Source of the DNA: Escherichia coli 042
Lineage (GTDB): Bacteria > Pseudomonadota > Gammaproteobacteria > Enterobacterales > Enterobacteriaceae
Strand: one strand, 5' to 3'
Length of the DNA: 64,000 bases
NCBI RefSeq assembly: GCF_000027125.1
Contig: NC_017626.1
Positions 1-12,920 of the stretch are shown here, in pieces. The position numbers and the translations under genes are program-made. The notes under the pieces are model-generated. The model was not told the DNA's origin, did no database searches, and saw only the letters and a program-made list of their open reading frames with translations. Position 1 is the stretch's first letter, and each line of letters begins with the position of its first letter.

Positions 1-159
1 ATTATCGAAGGCGCTTCGTCGTGGTTTGATATACAAGCCCCACACGAAATCACTTTTAATCTTGATGGCGAACCGTTGAGTGGGCAAAACTTCCATATTG
101 AAATACTTCCGGCGGCGTTACGTTGTCGATTACCACCAGATTGTCCATTATTGCGTTAA
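1..159 (+). CDS. yegS: 3' end of lipid kinase YegS-like gene (5' end lies upstream of the window)
   Basis: Frame 1 translates without interruption to ...LPPDCPLLR then TAA at 157-159; position immediately upstream of gatR matches known gene order. Confidence 0.75.
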
Positions 160-195
160 TCAAACTATTCTCTCTTGAACCAGGGAGAATCCGTA

Positions 196-232
196 ATGCC
201 GGATGCGGTGTAAAAACCTTATCCGGCATACA
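196..232. repeat. REP (repetitive extragenic palindrome) element
   Basis: gccggatgcggtgtaaaaaccttatccggc matches the REP consensus family; located between convergent yegS and gatR. Confidence 0.7.
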
Positions 233-240
233 GAACAATA

Positions 241-1020
241 CTACACCGTAATTAATTTCACCCGTGTCTTCTGCAATGCCAGTTTATCCACCTCTGACAC
301 AGCATCGTCGGTAATAATAATGTCGATTTTTTCGATTGGCAGTACCTGATTAAAACCGCGACGATTAAATTTCGATGAATCGAGAACGGCAATCACTTTA
401 TTTGCGGCTGTGACCATCGCCCCGCTAATCGAATAACCTTCATTAAAGGTCGTAATACCATTAACCGCATCAATACCATCAGCACCGACAAACATTAAAT
501 CGGCATTAATATCCTGCAATGAACGCTCGGCAATGGAACCATGCATCGAGCGTGTTTTATGGCGGACGGTCCCACCACAGACGACCAGAGTAATGTCTTT
601 ATTTTCGGAAAGGGCAAATGCTGCCGGGAGACTGTTGGTAATCACCGTGATATTTTTGGCGGTCATTAATCCTTCGGCGATAAGCATTGTGGTACTTCCG
701 CTGTCGAGAATAACGGTCATCCCTTCGTGGATCATTTTGACTGCCGCCTGCGCTATTCTGTTTTTTGGCGCACTGGCGAGCTGAAATCGCTCTTTAAACC
801 CAACTTCCTGGGTCTCGGTTTCACTATTACCGGACATTATTTTCGCCGCACCGCCATGAAAGCGCGTAACCACGCCTTTTTGTTCGAGAAAGCGCAAATC
901 GGCACGGATTGTCGCTTCCGAGGCAGCAAATACTCCCGCCAGATCCTGAACAAGCACGGTTCCCTGTTCATTCACTAATTGGATGATCTTATTCCTTCGC
1001 TCGAATGAATTCATCGTCAT
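241..1020 (-). CDS. gatR: DeoR-family galactitol operon repressor GatR, apparently intact
   Basis: 259-aa ORF with N-terminal HTH and DeoR C-terminal sugar-binding region; adjacent to gatD. Start may be the ATG two codons downstream (MNSF...). No insertion sequence interrupts it. Confidence 0.85.
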   Translation of the reverse strand: MTMNSFERRNKIIQLVNEQGTVLVQDLAGVFAASEATIRADLRFLEQKGVVTRFHGGAAKIMSGNSETETQEVGFKERFQLASAPKNRIAQAAVKMIHEGMTVILDSGSTTMLIAEGLMTAKNITVITNSLPAAFALSENKDITLVVCGGTVRHKTRSMHGSIAERSLQDINADLMFVGADGIDAVNGITTFNEGYSISGAMVTAANKVIAVLDSSKFNRRGFNQVLPIEKIDIIITDDAVSEVDKLALQKTRVKLITV

Positions 1021-1119
1021 TTACCCATATTCAATTGTGGCTAGTGTAAACGAAGGGGGACCATTGGTGAATGATCTGTTTTGCACAATACCGGGCCAGC
1101 ATCACGCTGGCCCGCGGTT

Positions 1120-2160
1120 TCAGGGAATGAGCAACACTTTGCCCGGCATAGCATTACGAGCGATGTCACGCACCGCCTGGGCGAAGCTTTCAAAGCTTCC
1201 ACGGTGAGCGATTAATGGCTCCAGGCTTAACTTACGTTCTGTCAGCAACCGGCTCGCCGTTTCCCACTCCTGCCCAGGCCAAGGGCTGGAGTAGTTCATC
1301 CAACTGCCGATAACCGTCAGCTCTTTACGTAATATTTTGCCAAACGTTGCCGATGTTAAATGCAAATCTTGATGCAACGTACCCACCAGCGCCAGCTGGG
1401 CATGAGGCCCGGCAATCTCTACCGCCAGTTCGACGGTTTGCGGGACGCCAGCCGTCTCGAGGATAAGCTGATTAAAGCGCAGCTCGCGTAAAATGCCCTG
1501 CATTTGCGGCGCGCTCATTTCAAGGCTGTTAAATGTTTGCATCGCACCGAAAGATTTTGCCAGTGCCAGTTTTTCTGAGCTAATGTCGATAGCCGTCACA
1601 CTCTTTGCTCCCAGCGCGACAGCGCACTGAATGGCCAGCAGGCCAATGGTTCCGGCACCAATAATAATAACGTTTTTATTCTCACAACCTTGCGCTAAAT
1701 GGAAAGCATGCAGGCCAACGGTAATCGGTTCAATAAAAGCCCCATCCTCAATAGGCATATCCGTGGGTAGAGCAAAGACATTTTTTCGGTTAACGACAAT
1801 ATATTCAGCAAATCCACCATCACGCCGCGAGCCAATAAAATCATATTTTGCGCACTGGGAATAAAACCCTTTCAAACACTCTGGACAAGTAAAACAGGGT
1901 AATAACGGCACACAGGCAACCGCATCGCCAGGGTGTAAATCATCAACACCGGATCCCACCGCATCAATATAGCCGCTAAATTCATGGCCTAACGTTATTG
2001 GATAATAATGTGCACCATTTTTAAATATCCTGGGTAAATCGGAACCACATAAGCCCGAGCTGGCAATTTTTACCCGTACCTCATCCTGATGTTTAATTTC
2101 AGGAATGACGCTTTCTGCAACGCGCACGATACCATCAGTATCATTCACCACTGATTTCAT
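1120..2160 (-). CDS. gatD: Galactitol-1-phosphate 5-dehydrogenase (Zn-dependent MDR family)
   Basis: 346-aa ORF with GHEFSG zinc-ADH motif and GAGTIG Rossmann motif; position in gat operon. Confidence 0.9.
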   Translation of the reverse strand: MKSVVNDTDGIVRVAESVIPEIKHQDEVRVKIASSGLCGSDLPRIFKNGAHYYPITLGHEFSGYIDAVGSGVDDLHPGDAVACVPLLPCFTCPECLKGFYSQCAKYDFIGSRRDGGFAEYIVVNRKNVFALPTDMPIEDGAFIEPITVGLHAFHLAQGCENKNVIIIGAGTIGLLAIQCAVALGAKSVTAIDISSEKLALAKSFGAMQTFNSLEMSAPQMQGILRELRFNQLILETAGVPQTVELAVEIAGPHAQLALVGTLHQDLHLTSATFGKILRKELTVIGSWMNYSSPWPGQEWETASRLLTERKLSLEPLIAHRGSFESFAQAVRDIARNAMPGKVLLIP

Positions 2161-2207
2161 AAAAACTCCTGATTGTTAAGGGGGATAAACTCCCCCTCAG
2201 GTAAAAA

Positions 2208-3563
2208 TTATTCTGCGAGAACGGCTTTCTCTTGTTTAATAAAACCACGCGCTCTACGCCAGGTCATGAAAATACCGGTAAGATAAATTGCGCCGATAAT
2301 AATGAAACCGGGACTATTTTGCGGGGAGAAAAGCTGAATCAGTAACCAGGTAATGGGAGAACCGCCCTGATCCATTGAAGCCACCATACCTCCGGCTTTT
2401 AACGCCCCAGCATTAGCCGCCAGTTGGGTGTGCAAACCAATAGTTTGCGTCGCGATCCACAGGGTGATGCTCATAATGATGACACCCGAGATCAAGGTGC
2501 GGAACAGATTTCCACGATGCACGGCAACTGCCATCGCCACAAAGAAGCCGATGGTGGCAAGATCGCCAAACGGCAGTACCTGATTACCCGGAACACAAAC
2601 AGCAATTAAAATGGTGAGCGGGATAAAAATCAGGCTTGCCGATACCACCGCCGTATGCCCCAGCAGTAATGCCGGATCCAGGCCAATCAGGAACTCCTGA
2701 CCGCCGAACTTCGCCTGCAAACGGCTACGCGCCTGCTTCGCAATAGGTGTTAAGCCATCCATGATGGGTTTAATCACCCGTGGCATCAGCAGCATAACTG
2801 CCGCCGTCTTTACCGCCAGCTGCAATACACCTTTGACATCGTAACCCGCGAGGATGCCGATAATCAGCCCCATCACAAAACCCACGGTGACAGGTTCGCC
2901 AAATGGGCCAAACTTGCGCTGAATATCATCGGCACTAAATTTAATTCGGTTAACGCCTGGGATTTTCTCGATAATGGCATCGACCAGCACCGCAATCGGC
3001 CCCATATACGCCGACGTACCGTGCGGAATAGCAATGCCTTCCAGCTCAAAGAAATTTCGGGTATCGCGGGCAAACCAGTCGCCGAGCTTATAAACAAACG
3101 CCGCGTGAATTACCACACCCGCCATCCCTATCATCCATGAACCGGTTGCCAGATGCAGCAATGCGCCGGTGAAGGTCATATGCCAGATATTCCAGATATC
3201 AACATTTACCACCCGCGTCATACGGGTCAGTAGCATCGCCACGTTAACCAGAATCGCAATCGGAATCGCCACCAGCGCAATTTGCGACGCCCAGGTCATT
3301 GGTGAAGAGCCCGGCCAGCCGACATCGACCACATGCAGATTCAGGTCAAAATTTTCCGCCATCGCTTTCGCCGCCGGGCCAATGGAATCCAGCATTAAGC
3401 CAATCACAAGGCCAATGCCAACAAAGCCAATCCCGATATGCAGGCCCGCTTTAAAGCAATCGCCTGCTTTCATGCCTAATATTTTAGAAAAAATAATGAT
3501 GACAATCGGCAGCATCACCGTAGGGCCGAGATCGAGAATATAACGCATGACTTCTGAAAACAT
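2208..3563 (-). CDS. gatC: PTS galactitol-specific EIIC permease
   Basis: 451-aa polytopic hydrophobic ORF between gatD and gatB. Confidence 0.9.
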   Translation of the reverse strand: MFSEVMRYILDLGPTVMLPIVIIIFSKILGMKAGDCFKAGLHIGIGFVGIGLVIGLMLDSIGPAAKAMAENFDLNLHVVDVGWPGSSPMTWASQIALVAIPIAILVNVAMLLTRMTRVVNVDIWNIWHMTFTGALLHLATGSWMIGMAGVVIHAAFVYKLGDWFARDTRNFFELEGIAIPHGTSAYMGPIAVLVDAIIEKIPGVNRIKFSADDIQRKFGPFGEPVTVGFVMGLIIGILAGYDVKGVLQLAVKTAAVMLLMPRVIKPIMDGLTPIAKQARSRLQAKFGGQEFLIGLDPALLLGHTAVVSASLIFIPLTILIAVCVPGNQVLPFGDLATIGFFVAMAVAVHRGNLFRTLISGVIIMSITLWIATQTIGLHTQLAANAGALKAGGMVASMDQGGSPITWLLIQLFSPQNSPGFIIIGAIYLTGIFMTWRRARGFIKQEKAVLAE

Positions 3564-3566
3564 AGG

Positions 3567-3851
3567 TCACCCCTGTAAGATAGTCAGAATTTTATTTTGT
3601 AATGCTTCGATACCGACACCAGAAACAAAAGGCATGCCGTGAACTAACGGAATATCGCCAAAACTACGATCCACTTTGGCAGTGGTGCATATCAAATGCA
3701 CGCCATCCATATAGGTTTCTATTTCATTAACCCGACACTGGATTAATTCAACAGGAATATTATGACTCTGACACAACTCTTTAATTTCTTCCGCCGCCAT
3801 CGTAGAGGTCGCAACCGCGCCTCCGCAAGCGACAATAATCTTGCGTTTCAT
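3567..3851 (-). CDS. gatB: PTS galactitol-specific EIIB
   Basis: 94-aa ORF with N-terminal Cys-containing motif ([11 protein letters not shown]) typical of EIIB. Confidence 0.9.
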   Translation of the reverse strand: MKRKIIVACGGAVATSTMAAEEIKELCQSHNIPVELIQCRVNEIETYMDGVHLICTTAKVDRSFGDIPLVHGMPFVSGVGIEALQNKILTILQG

Positions 3852-3881
3852 AAATAGTCCTTTTTATTGTTACAGAGGGAT

Positions 3882-4334
3882 TTATTCGTCTGAATCTAAA
3901 ACATACTTTGTGAAGTATTCCTTTAACTGGGTTTCAGGAAGAGTGATTAGTGTCTCGACGATATCGGGCTGTTGTAACTTGCCAAATAAACAGCGTAAAA
4001 GTTTCAAATGCTGCTGCGGATTTTCCACAATCAACGCAATAACCAACGATACCGCCACGTCGTTATCATCATCCGCTTGCTGAAAATAAACTTTATTTGT
4101 TGGCCTTAACAGATAAATGGCTGACGACTTAGCATGAATCGCCTCACAATGCGGTATTGCAATGGCGTGCTGCTCAAGCATTATCCCAGTAGGGAATTCT
4201 GCTTCTCTGGCAATTAATGCCTGTGGCCAGGTATCATGAACCACACCTTTCGCGAGCATCTCATTACCGATATGGGTTAAAACTTCGCTACGATCGACAA
4301 AAGAAATTCCGCTACGAACAAACAGGTTAGTCAT
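3882..4334 (-). CDS. gatA: PTS galactitol-specific EIIA
   Basis: 150-aa ORF; operon position. Confidence 0.9.
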   Translation of the reverse strand: MTNLFVRSGISFVDRSEVLTHIGNEMLAKGVVHDTWPQALIAREAEFPTGIMLEQHAIAIPHCEAIHAKSSAIYLLRPTNKVYFQQADDDNDVAVSLVIALIVENPQQHLKLLRCLFGKLQQPDIVETLITLPETQLKEYFTKYVLDSDE

Positions 4335-4343
4335 ATATCGTCC

Positions 4344-5606
<1,263 letters not shown>

Positions 5607-5607
5607 A

Positions 5608-6600
<993 letters not shown>

Positions 6601-6602
6601 GG

Positions 6603-6632
6603 CAAAAAAACGGCCTCCCGATAGGGAAGCCG
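6603..6632 (-). terminator. Rho-independent terminator downstream of fbaB
   Basis: Hairpin cggcctccc-gata-gggaagccg preceded on the plus strand by A7, i.e. followed by U7 on the minus strand. Confidence 0.7.
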
Positions 6633-6654
6633 TAGCAAAGTGCGCGTGTTTTTA

Positions 6655-6680
6655 TGCCGGATGCGACGTAAACGCCTTTT
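6655..6680. repeat. Partial REP-like sequence
   Basis: tgccggatgcgacgtaaacgcc resembles one arm of a REP element. Confidence 0.35.
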
Positions 6681-6716
6681 CCGTCATAAGTGGTAGTGCT
6701 GTTCGTATGAGGCGTA

Positions 6717-7769
6717 TCAGGCGATAGTAATTTTGCTATCGAGATAAACGTCCTGCACGGCGTTAATCAGTTTCACGCCGTCAGCCATCGATTTCTTGAA
6801 CGCCTTACGTCCAAGAATCAGCCCCATTCCGCCAGCGCGTTTGTTGATGACCGCAGTACGCACTGCATCGCTGAGGTCAGTTTCACCGCCTGCAGCACCG
6901 CCGGAGTTTATCAACCCTGCCCGGCCCATATAGCAGTTAGCTAACTGATAACGCACCAGATCAATCGGGTTTTCGCTGGTCAACTTGCTGTACACACGAT
7001 CGTCGGTATAACCGTAATTAATCGCTTTATAGCCGCCGTTATTTTCCGCCATTTTTTGTTTGACGATATCCGCACCTATAGTCGCCGCCAGATGGTTTGC
7101 CTGACCGGTCAGGTCGGCGGAAACATGGTAATCAACGCCATCTTTCTTAAAGGCGGAGTTACGCAAATAGGCCCACAGCACTGTCACCATACCCAGCTCG
7201 TGCGCACGTTCAAAAGCCGCAGAAATTTCTTCAATCTGGCGACGTGACTCTTCCGAGCCAAAATAGATAGTCGCACCAACCGCAACCGCGCCCATGTTGA
7301 ACGCCTGCTCCACGCTGGCATACAGCGTTTGATCGTAGCTATTCGGGTAACTTAGCGTCTCGTTGTGATTAAGTTTGACGAGGAATGGAATGCGATGCGC
7401 GTAACGCCGCGATACCGACGCCAGCACGCCGTAAGTTGACGCCACACAGTTACAGCCCGCTTCGATCGCCAGTTCAACAATGTTTTTCGGGTCAAAGTAG
7501 AGCGGGTTAGCGGCAAATGAAGCTCCGGCAGAGTGCTCAACGCCCTGGTCAACCGGCAGAATAGAAAGATATCCTGTGCCAGCCAGACGCCCGGTGTTGT
7601 ACAACGTCTGCATATTACGTAACACCGCTGGCGGGCGATTATTGTCAATCATCACGCGGTCTACGTAGTCATGTCCGGGGAGATAAAGCTGGTCAGAAGG
7701 AATAGTCATACAACGGTGCTGTAAAAGGTTGTCGGCGTCTTTGCCAAGCAACTGCGCAATATCTGTCAT
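6717..7769 (-). CDS. fbaB: Fructose-bisphosphate aldolase class I
   Basis: Class I aldolase-like sequence; the ORF track extends 24 codons upstream (to 7841) but the MTDIAQ start gives the expected length of about 350 aa. Confidence 0.88.
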   Translation of the reverse strand: MTDIAQLLGKDADNLLQHRCMTIPSDQLYLPGHDYVDRVMIDNNRPPAVLRNMQTLYNTGRLAGTGYLSILPVDQGVEHSAGASFAANPLYFDPKNIVELAIEAGCNCVASTYGVLASVSRRYAHRIPFLVKLNHNETLSYPNSYDQTLYASVEQAFNMGAVAVGATIYFGSEESRRQIEEISAAFERAHELGMVTVLWAYLRNSAFKKDGVDYHVSADLTGQANHLAATIGADIVKQKMAENNGGYKAINYGYTDDRVYSKLTSENPIDLVRYQLANCYMGRAGLINSGGAAGGETDLSDAVRTAVINKRAGGMGLILGRKAFKKSMADGVKLINAVQDVYLDSKITIA

Positions 7770-8025
7770 TACTATGCTCCCGTAAATTCCGATTGGATAT
7801 CGGCTATGGATTGTCCTGGCCCGCCTTTTGCGGGCAATCATAATCCTGGTCGTTACGGGCGAGTTTTTCCATCTTTTGGATGTTTTTTCAGCGTTTTCTG
7901 TTGGCTCGATTCATCAGAAAAAATGTTAGCGCGGTCAAGTTTTCACCGCAAAGGTATTTAAAAGGTATTATTAAGTGGTATTGTCATCGCGTACCTTACA
8001 TTACCTGTCATGAAGGAATTAAAAG

Positions 8026-9303
8026 ATGAAAACAACAGCAAAGCTGTCGTTCATGATGTTTGTTGAATGGTTTATCTGGGGCGCGTGGTTTGTGCCATTG
8101 TGGTTGTGGTTAAGTAAAAGCGGTTTTAGTGCCGGAGAAATTGGCTGGTCGTATGCCTGTACCGCCATTGCGGCGATCCTGTCGCCGATTCTGGTTGGCT
8201 CCATCACTGATCGCTTTTTCTCGGCGCAGAAAGTGCTGGCGGTATTGATGTTCGCTGGTGCGGCGCTGATGTATTTCGCTGCGCAACAGACCACTTTTGC
8301 CGGGTTCTTCCCGTTACTGCTGGCCTACTCGCTAACCTATATGCCGACCATTGCGCTGACTAACAGTATCGCTTTTGCCAACGTGCCGGATGTGGAGCGT
8401 GATTTCCCACGCATTCGTGTGATGGGCACTATCGGCTGGATTGCCTCTGGTCTGGCATGTGGATTTTTGCCGCAAATGCTGGGTTATGCCGATATCTCTC
8501 CGACTAACATCCCGCTGCTGATTACTGCCGGAAGTTCTGCTCTGCTCGGTGTGTTTGCGTTTTTCCTGCCCGACACGCCGCCAAAAAGCACCGGCAAAAT
8601 GGACATTAAAGTCATGCTCGGCCTGGATGCGCTGATCCTGCTGCGCGATAAAAACTTCCTCGTCTTTTTCTTCTGTTCATTCCTGTTTGCGATGCCACTG
8701 GCGTTCTATTACATCTTTGCCAACGGTTATCTGACCGAAGTCGGTATGAAAAACGCCACTGGCTGGATGACGCTCGGCCAGTTCTCTGAAATCTTCTTTA
8801 TGCTGGCATTGCCGTTTTTCACCAAACGCTTTGGTATCAAAAAGGTATTATTACTTGGTCTGGTCACCGCTGCGATCCGCTATGGCTTCTTTATTTACGG
8901 TAGTGCGGATGAATATTTCACCTACGCGTTACTGTTCCTCGGTATTTTGCTTCACGGCGTAAGTTACGATTTTTACTACGTTACCGCTTACATCTATGTC
9001 GATAAAAAAGCCCCCGTGCATATGCGTACCGCCGCGCAGGGGCTGATCACGCTCTGCTGCCAGGGCTTCGGCAGTTTGCTCGGCTATCGTCTTGGCGGTG
9101 TGATGATGGAAAAGATGTTCGCTTATCAGGAACCGGTAAACGGACTGACTTTCAACTGGTCCGGGATGTGGACTTTTGGCGCGGTGATGATTGCCATTAT
9201 CGCCGTGCTGTTCATGATTTTTTTCCGCGAATCCGACAACGAAATTACGGCTATCAAGGTCGATGATCGCGATATTGCGTTGACACAAGGGGAAGTTAAA
9301 TGA
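8026..9303 (+). CDS. yegT: MFS nucleoside:H+ symporter family transporter
   Basis: 425-aa polytopic membrane ORF; gene order yegT-yegU-yegV. Confidence 0.85.
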   Translation: MKTTAKLSFMMFVEWFIWGAWFVPLWLWLSKSGFSAGEIGWSYACTAIAAILSPILVGSITDRFFSAQKVLAVLMFAGAALMYFAAQQTTFAGFFPLLLAYSLTYMPTIALTNSIAFANVPDVERDFPRIRVMGTIGWIASGLACGFLPQMLGYADISPTNIPLLITAGSSALLGVFAFFLPDTPPKSTGKMDIKVMLGLDALILLRDKNFLVFFFCSFLFAMPLAFYYIFANGYLTEVGMKNATGWMTLGQFSEIFFMLALPFFTKRFGIKKVLLLGLVTAAIRYGFFIYGSADEYFTYALLFLGILLHGVSYDFYYVTAYIYVDKKAPVHMRTAAQGLITLCCQGFGSLLGYRLGGVMMEKMFAYQEPVNGLTFNWSGMWTFGAVMIAIIAVLFMIFFRESDNEITAIKVDDRDIALTQGEVK

Positions 9304-10304
9304 AAACAGAACGTATTCTCGGTGCTCTTTATGGGCAGGCGTTAGGGGATGCGATGGGGATGCCCTCCGAGCTTTGGCCACGCAGCCGCGTTAAAGCACA
9401 CTTTGGCTGGATTGATCGTTTTCTGCCTGGACCAAAGGAGAATAACGCAGCCTGTTATTTTAACCGCGCCGAATTCACCGACGATACCTCGATGGCGCTG
9501 TGTCTGGCGGATGCGTTACTGGAACGTGAAGGCAAGATCGATCCAGATCTGATTGGGCGTAATATTCTCGACTGGGCGCTGCGTTTCGACGCCTTTAACA
9601 AAAACGTACTAGGTCCGACCTCGAAGATTGCGCTTAACGCCATTCGCGACGGTAAACCCGTTGCTGAACTGGAAAATAACGGCGTGACCAACGGCGCAGC
9701 GATGCGCGTCTCGCCATTAGGTTGTTTGCTTCCAGCGCGTGATGTTGATTCCTTTATTGATGATGTGGCGCTGGCCTCCAGCCCGACACATAAATCCGAT
9801 CTGGCGGTTGCGGGGGCGGTAGTCATCGCATGGGCGATTTCTCGTGCCATTGACGGAGAAAGCTGGTCAGCAATTGTTGATTCACTGCCTTCAATTGCGC
9901 GACATGCTCAACAAAAACGCATCACTACCTTCAGCGCCTCACTGGCAGCACGTCTGGAGATTGCGCTGAAAATTGTGCGCAATGCCGACGGCATCGAATC
10001 CGCCAGCGAACAGCTTTACCAGGTCGTTGGCGCAGGTACCAGCACTATTGAGTCCGTTCCGTGCGCCATTGCGCTGGTTGAACTGGCACAAACCGACCCG
10101 AACCGTTGCGCCGTCCTGTGCGCTAACCTTGGCGGCGACACAGACACCATCGGTGCTATGGCGACGGCAATTTGCGGCGCATTGCATGGCGTTAACGCAA
10201 TCGATCCTGCGTTAAAGACGGAACTGGATGCGGTAAATCAGCTTGATTTCAACCGCTATGCCACGGCGCTGGCGAAGTATCGCCAACAACGGGAGGCGAT
10301 ATGA
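9300..10304 (+). CDS. yegU: ADP-ribosylglycohydrolase family protein
   Basis: 334-aa ORF; start overlaps yegT stop (ATGA). Confidence 0.85.
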   Translation: MKTERILGALYGQALGDAMGMPSELWPRSRVKAHFGWIDRFLPGPKENNAACYFNRAEFTDDTSMALCLADALLEREGKIDPDLIGRNILDWALRFDAFNKNVLGPTSKIALNAIRDGKPVAELENNGVTNGAAMRVSPLGCLLPARDVDSFIDDVALASSPTHKSDLAVAGAVVIAWAISRAIDGESWSAIVDSLPSIARHAQQKRITTFSASLAARLEIALKIVRNADGIESASEQLYQVVGAGTSTIESVPCAIALVELAQTDPNRCAVLCANLGGDTDTIGAMATAICGALHGVNAIDPALKTELDAVNQLDFNRYATALAKYRQQREAI

Positions 10305-11266
10305 GCGGCGCTCGATTACACACGCTGCTGCCTGAATTAGCCACGCGTCAGCCGGTGATGGTCGTCGGCGCGGCGGTCATTGATGTGATCGCCGACGCTT
10401 ATGCCCTCCCCTGGCGTGGGTGCGATATCGAACTGAAACAGCAGAGCGTTAACGTTGGCGGCTGCGCACTGAATATTGCCGTGGCGTTAAAGCGTCTCGG
10501 CATCGAAGCGGGTAATGCCTTGCCGCTCGGTCAGGGCGTGTGGGCGGAGATTATTCGCAACCGGATGGCGAAAGAGGGGTTAATCAGCCTGATCGATAAC
10601 GCCGAAGGCGATAACGGCTGGTGTCTGGCGCTGGTTGAGCCGGATGGCGAACGCACTTTTATGTCATTCAGCGGTGTGGAAAATCAATGGAATCGCCAAT
10701 GGTTGGCACGATTAACCGTTGCGCCTGGCAGCCTGCTCTATTTTTCCGGTTATCAACTGGCCTCGCCCTGCGGCGAATTGTTAGTGGAATGGCTGGAAGA
10801 GCTGCAAGACGTGACGCCGTTTATCGATTTTGGCCCACGTATTGGCGATATCCCGGACGCATTACTGGCGCGGATCATGGCCTGTCGACCTTTAGTGTCA
10901 CTCAATCGTCAGGAGGCTGAGATTGCCGCCGAACGTTTTGCTTTATCCGCAGAGATAACAACACTTGGCAAGCAATGGCAGGAGAAATTTGCCGCGCCGT
11001 TGATCGTTCGTCTCGATAAAGAAGGCGCATGGTATTTCAGCAACGACGCTTCTGGCTGCATTCCGGCATATCCAACGCAAGTTGTAGACACCATTGGGGC
11101 GGGCGACAGTCATGCAGGTGGCGTACTTGCCGGGCTGGCCTCTGGTCTGCCACTGGCGGATGCTGTATTACTGGGCAATGCAGTGGCGTCGTGGGTTGTC
11201 GGGCATCGGGGCGGTGATTGTGCGCCAACGCGCGAGGAACTACTCCTCGCACACAAAAACGTATAG
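10301..11266 (+). CDS. yegV: PfkB/ribokinase-family sugar or nucleoside kinase
   Basis: 321-aa ORF with C-terminal GAGDSHAGG anion-hole motif typical of ribokinase family; start overlaps yegU stop. Confidence 0.85.
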   Translation: MSGARLHTLLPELATRQPVMVVGAAVIDVIADAYALPWRGCDIELKQQSVNVGGCALNIAVALKRLGIEAGNALPLGQGVWAEIIRNRMAKEGLISLIDNAEGDNGWCLALVEPDGERTFMSFSGVENQWNRQWLARLTVAPGSLLYFSGYQLASPCGELLVEWLEELQDVTPFIDFGPRIGDIPDALLARIMACRPLVSLNRQEAEIAAERFALSAEITTLGKQWQEKFAAPLIVRLDKEGAWYFSNDASGCIPAYPTQVVDTIGAGDSHAGGVLAGLASGLPLADAVLLGNAVASWVVGHRGGDCAPTREELLLAHKNV

Positions 11267-11986
11267 ATCGCTGCGACAGTGGCTGATGCTGTACTCAATA
11301 GGCCGTTGCTGTTGGTCAAGCGCCACTTGCTTGATCACCAGCACCGGTATTTTGCTATCTAACTGAATATGTGACTGAAACTCGGCATCCGGCATCCGGG
11401 CACTAACGCGGGAACGCGTACGTTGTGGGTAAATGTGCTGGCTGCGGAAGTAGTCATAAAGAGAAATCCCGATGGCATCAACATCATGAATTAAATGTGC
11501 CGGAACCCACGATTCCTCAATCGATACCGCTTCTTCATCGACATAGCGAATACGCTTAAGCAAAAAGACATCACTTCCCGCTTCGACCGCCAGCTGCTGC
11601 GCGACTTCTTCGGGACATTTCACGACACGCTTGTTAACCCATAGTGTATCGGGCTTTTTCCCGCGCAATACCACCTGCTGAGAAAAACCTCGCGCTTCTT
11701 TCAACGAGTATTCGAAGATGTTGTTGATCTGCGTGCCGTAACCACGCGAACGCGTCACCACGCCCTCTTCTTCCAGCGCCTGCATCGCCTTGCGCACCGT
11801 AATGCGCGAAACGCCGGTTAACTGACTTAAATCACGCTCACCGGGCAAAATATTGCCATGCTCCAGCACCCCGCTGCGCACGGCATTTTTTACCGTTTCG
11901 GCAAACTTAATATAAAGCGGCGTGTTATCCGCCGCTAAAATACGTTCGTTCAGTTGGGCAATCAGCTGGGTATGCGCTTGTTCCAT
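11240..11986 (-). CDS. yegW: GntR-family transcriptional regulator (HutC/UTRA type)
   Basis: 248-aa ORF with N-terminal GntR HTH; convergent with yegV, 27-nt overlap. Confidence 0.85.
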   Translation of the reverse strand: MEQAHTQLIAQLNERILAADNTPLYIKFAETVKNAVRSGVLEHGNILPGERDLSQLTGVSRITVRKAMQALEEEGVVTRSRGYGTQINNIFEYSLKEARGFSQQVVLRGKKPDTLWVNKRVVKCPEEVAQQLAVEAGSDVFLLKRIRYVDEEAVSIEESWVPAHLIHDVDAIGISLYDYFRSQHIYPQRTRSRVSARMPDAEFQSHIQLDSKIPVLVIKQVALDQQQRPIEYSISHCRSDLYVFVCEE

Positions 11987-12037
11987 TTGTCTTTTTCCTG
12001 CCAGGGAGTCTGGTGGGAGTATATCACTGCTTCTTAT

Positions 12038-12865
12038 TTAAGGCGTTTCTTTAATCCCATCAACGAATGCCTGCAACTCCTCCACCGTGCCATTAAACAC
12101 ATTAAAATCCACCGGACCATTAATGCCATCTACCTGTCCACGGTCGGAATGCTGCCAGAAGCGCCAGGCTATTCCGTCATTGTCCGGACGACGTTGATAA
12201 TAGTGAGCCACCCACCACGGATATTCATTAAAATAGCCCGCCAGATTCGAGTGATAAAAAACGGCTCCTGAGTAAATAATCGGCTTTTTTCCCGTGCGTT
12301 TTTCGACCATTTTTAGCCACTGACTTACCCGCTTGCGTAATTCTTTTGCCGATAATTTTCCCCGTTCTTCTACGTCCAGCACGGCAGGGAGATCGCCGTG
12401 GGCAAAATCCACCGTTTGCAGAAATAATCGCGCCTGAACTGAAGCGGATACCGACGGGGAAAAATAATGATACGCCCCGCGCAGCAGGCCATTTTCGCGG
12501 CTTAGTTGCCAGTTACGCGAAAAATAGGGGTCCACCAGCTTTTCGCCTTCCGTCGCCTTAATAAAGGCAAATTGTAAGCGAATACCGTTATCGCGCATTT
12601 TTGCCACCCGCTGCCAGTCGATCCGCTCCTGCCAGCGCGAAACATCTATTCCGTGAATGGTGTAACTGGCAGGAATGCGAATAGCGAAAGATTTAACCGG
12701 GCGATAACCGTAGAAGTGGATGTAGTCTTTAATCTGAATTGCTGTCGAATAGAAAAAATTCACCGTCTGACGCGGATAAATTGCAACGATGGAAATTAGC
12801 CCAAGAGCGCATAATAAAGCGGTGAATTTTTTTCGACTGGTGATTCTCAACTGCATTGGTTTCAT
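12038..12865 (-). CDS. yegX: Glycoside hydrolase family 25 (lysozyme-like) protein with N-terminal membrane anchor
   Basis: 275-aa ORF; hydrophobic N-terminus followed by GH25-like domain. Confidence 0.8.
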   Translation of the reverse strand: MKPMQLRITSRKKFTALLCALGLISIVAIYPRQTVNFFYSTAIQIKDYIHFYGYRPVKSFAIRIPASYTIHGIDVSRWQERIDWQRVAKMRDNGIRLQFAFIKATEGEKLVDPYFSRNWQLSRENGLLRGAYHYFSPSVSASVQARLFLQTVDFAHGDLPAVLDVEERGKLSAKELRKRVSQWLKMVEKRTGKKPIIYSGAVFYHSNLAGYFNEYPWWVAHYYQRRPDNDGIAWRFWQHSDRGQVDGINGPVDFNVFNGTVEELQAFVDGIKETP

Positions 12866-12920
12866 CCCTGAATGTCAGCACCAAAGGCTGACAATAACCA
12901 AAGCGGCTATAGTACGGTGC

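Noticed and set aside
56-238. 60-aa minus-strand ORF overlapping the yegS 3' end and REP element
   Set aside because: Overlaps a REP and the end of yegS; no RBS; likely spurious.
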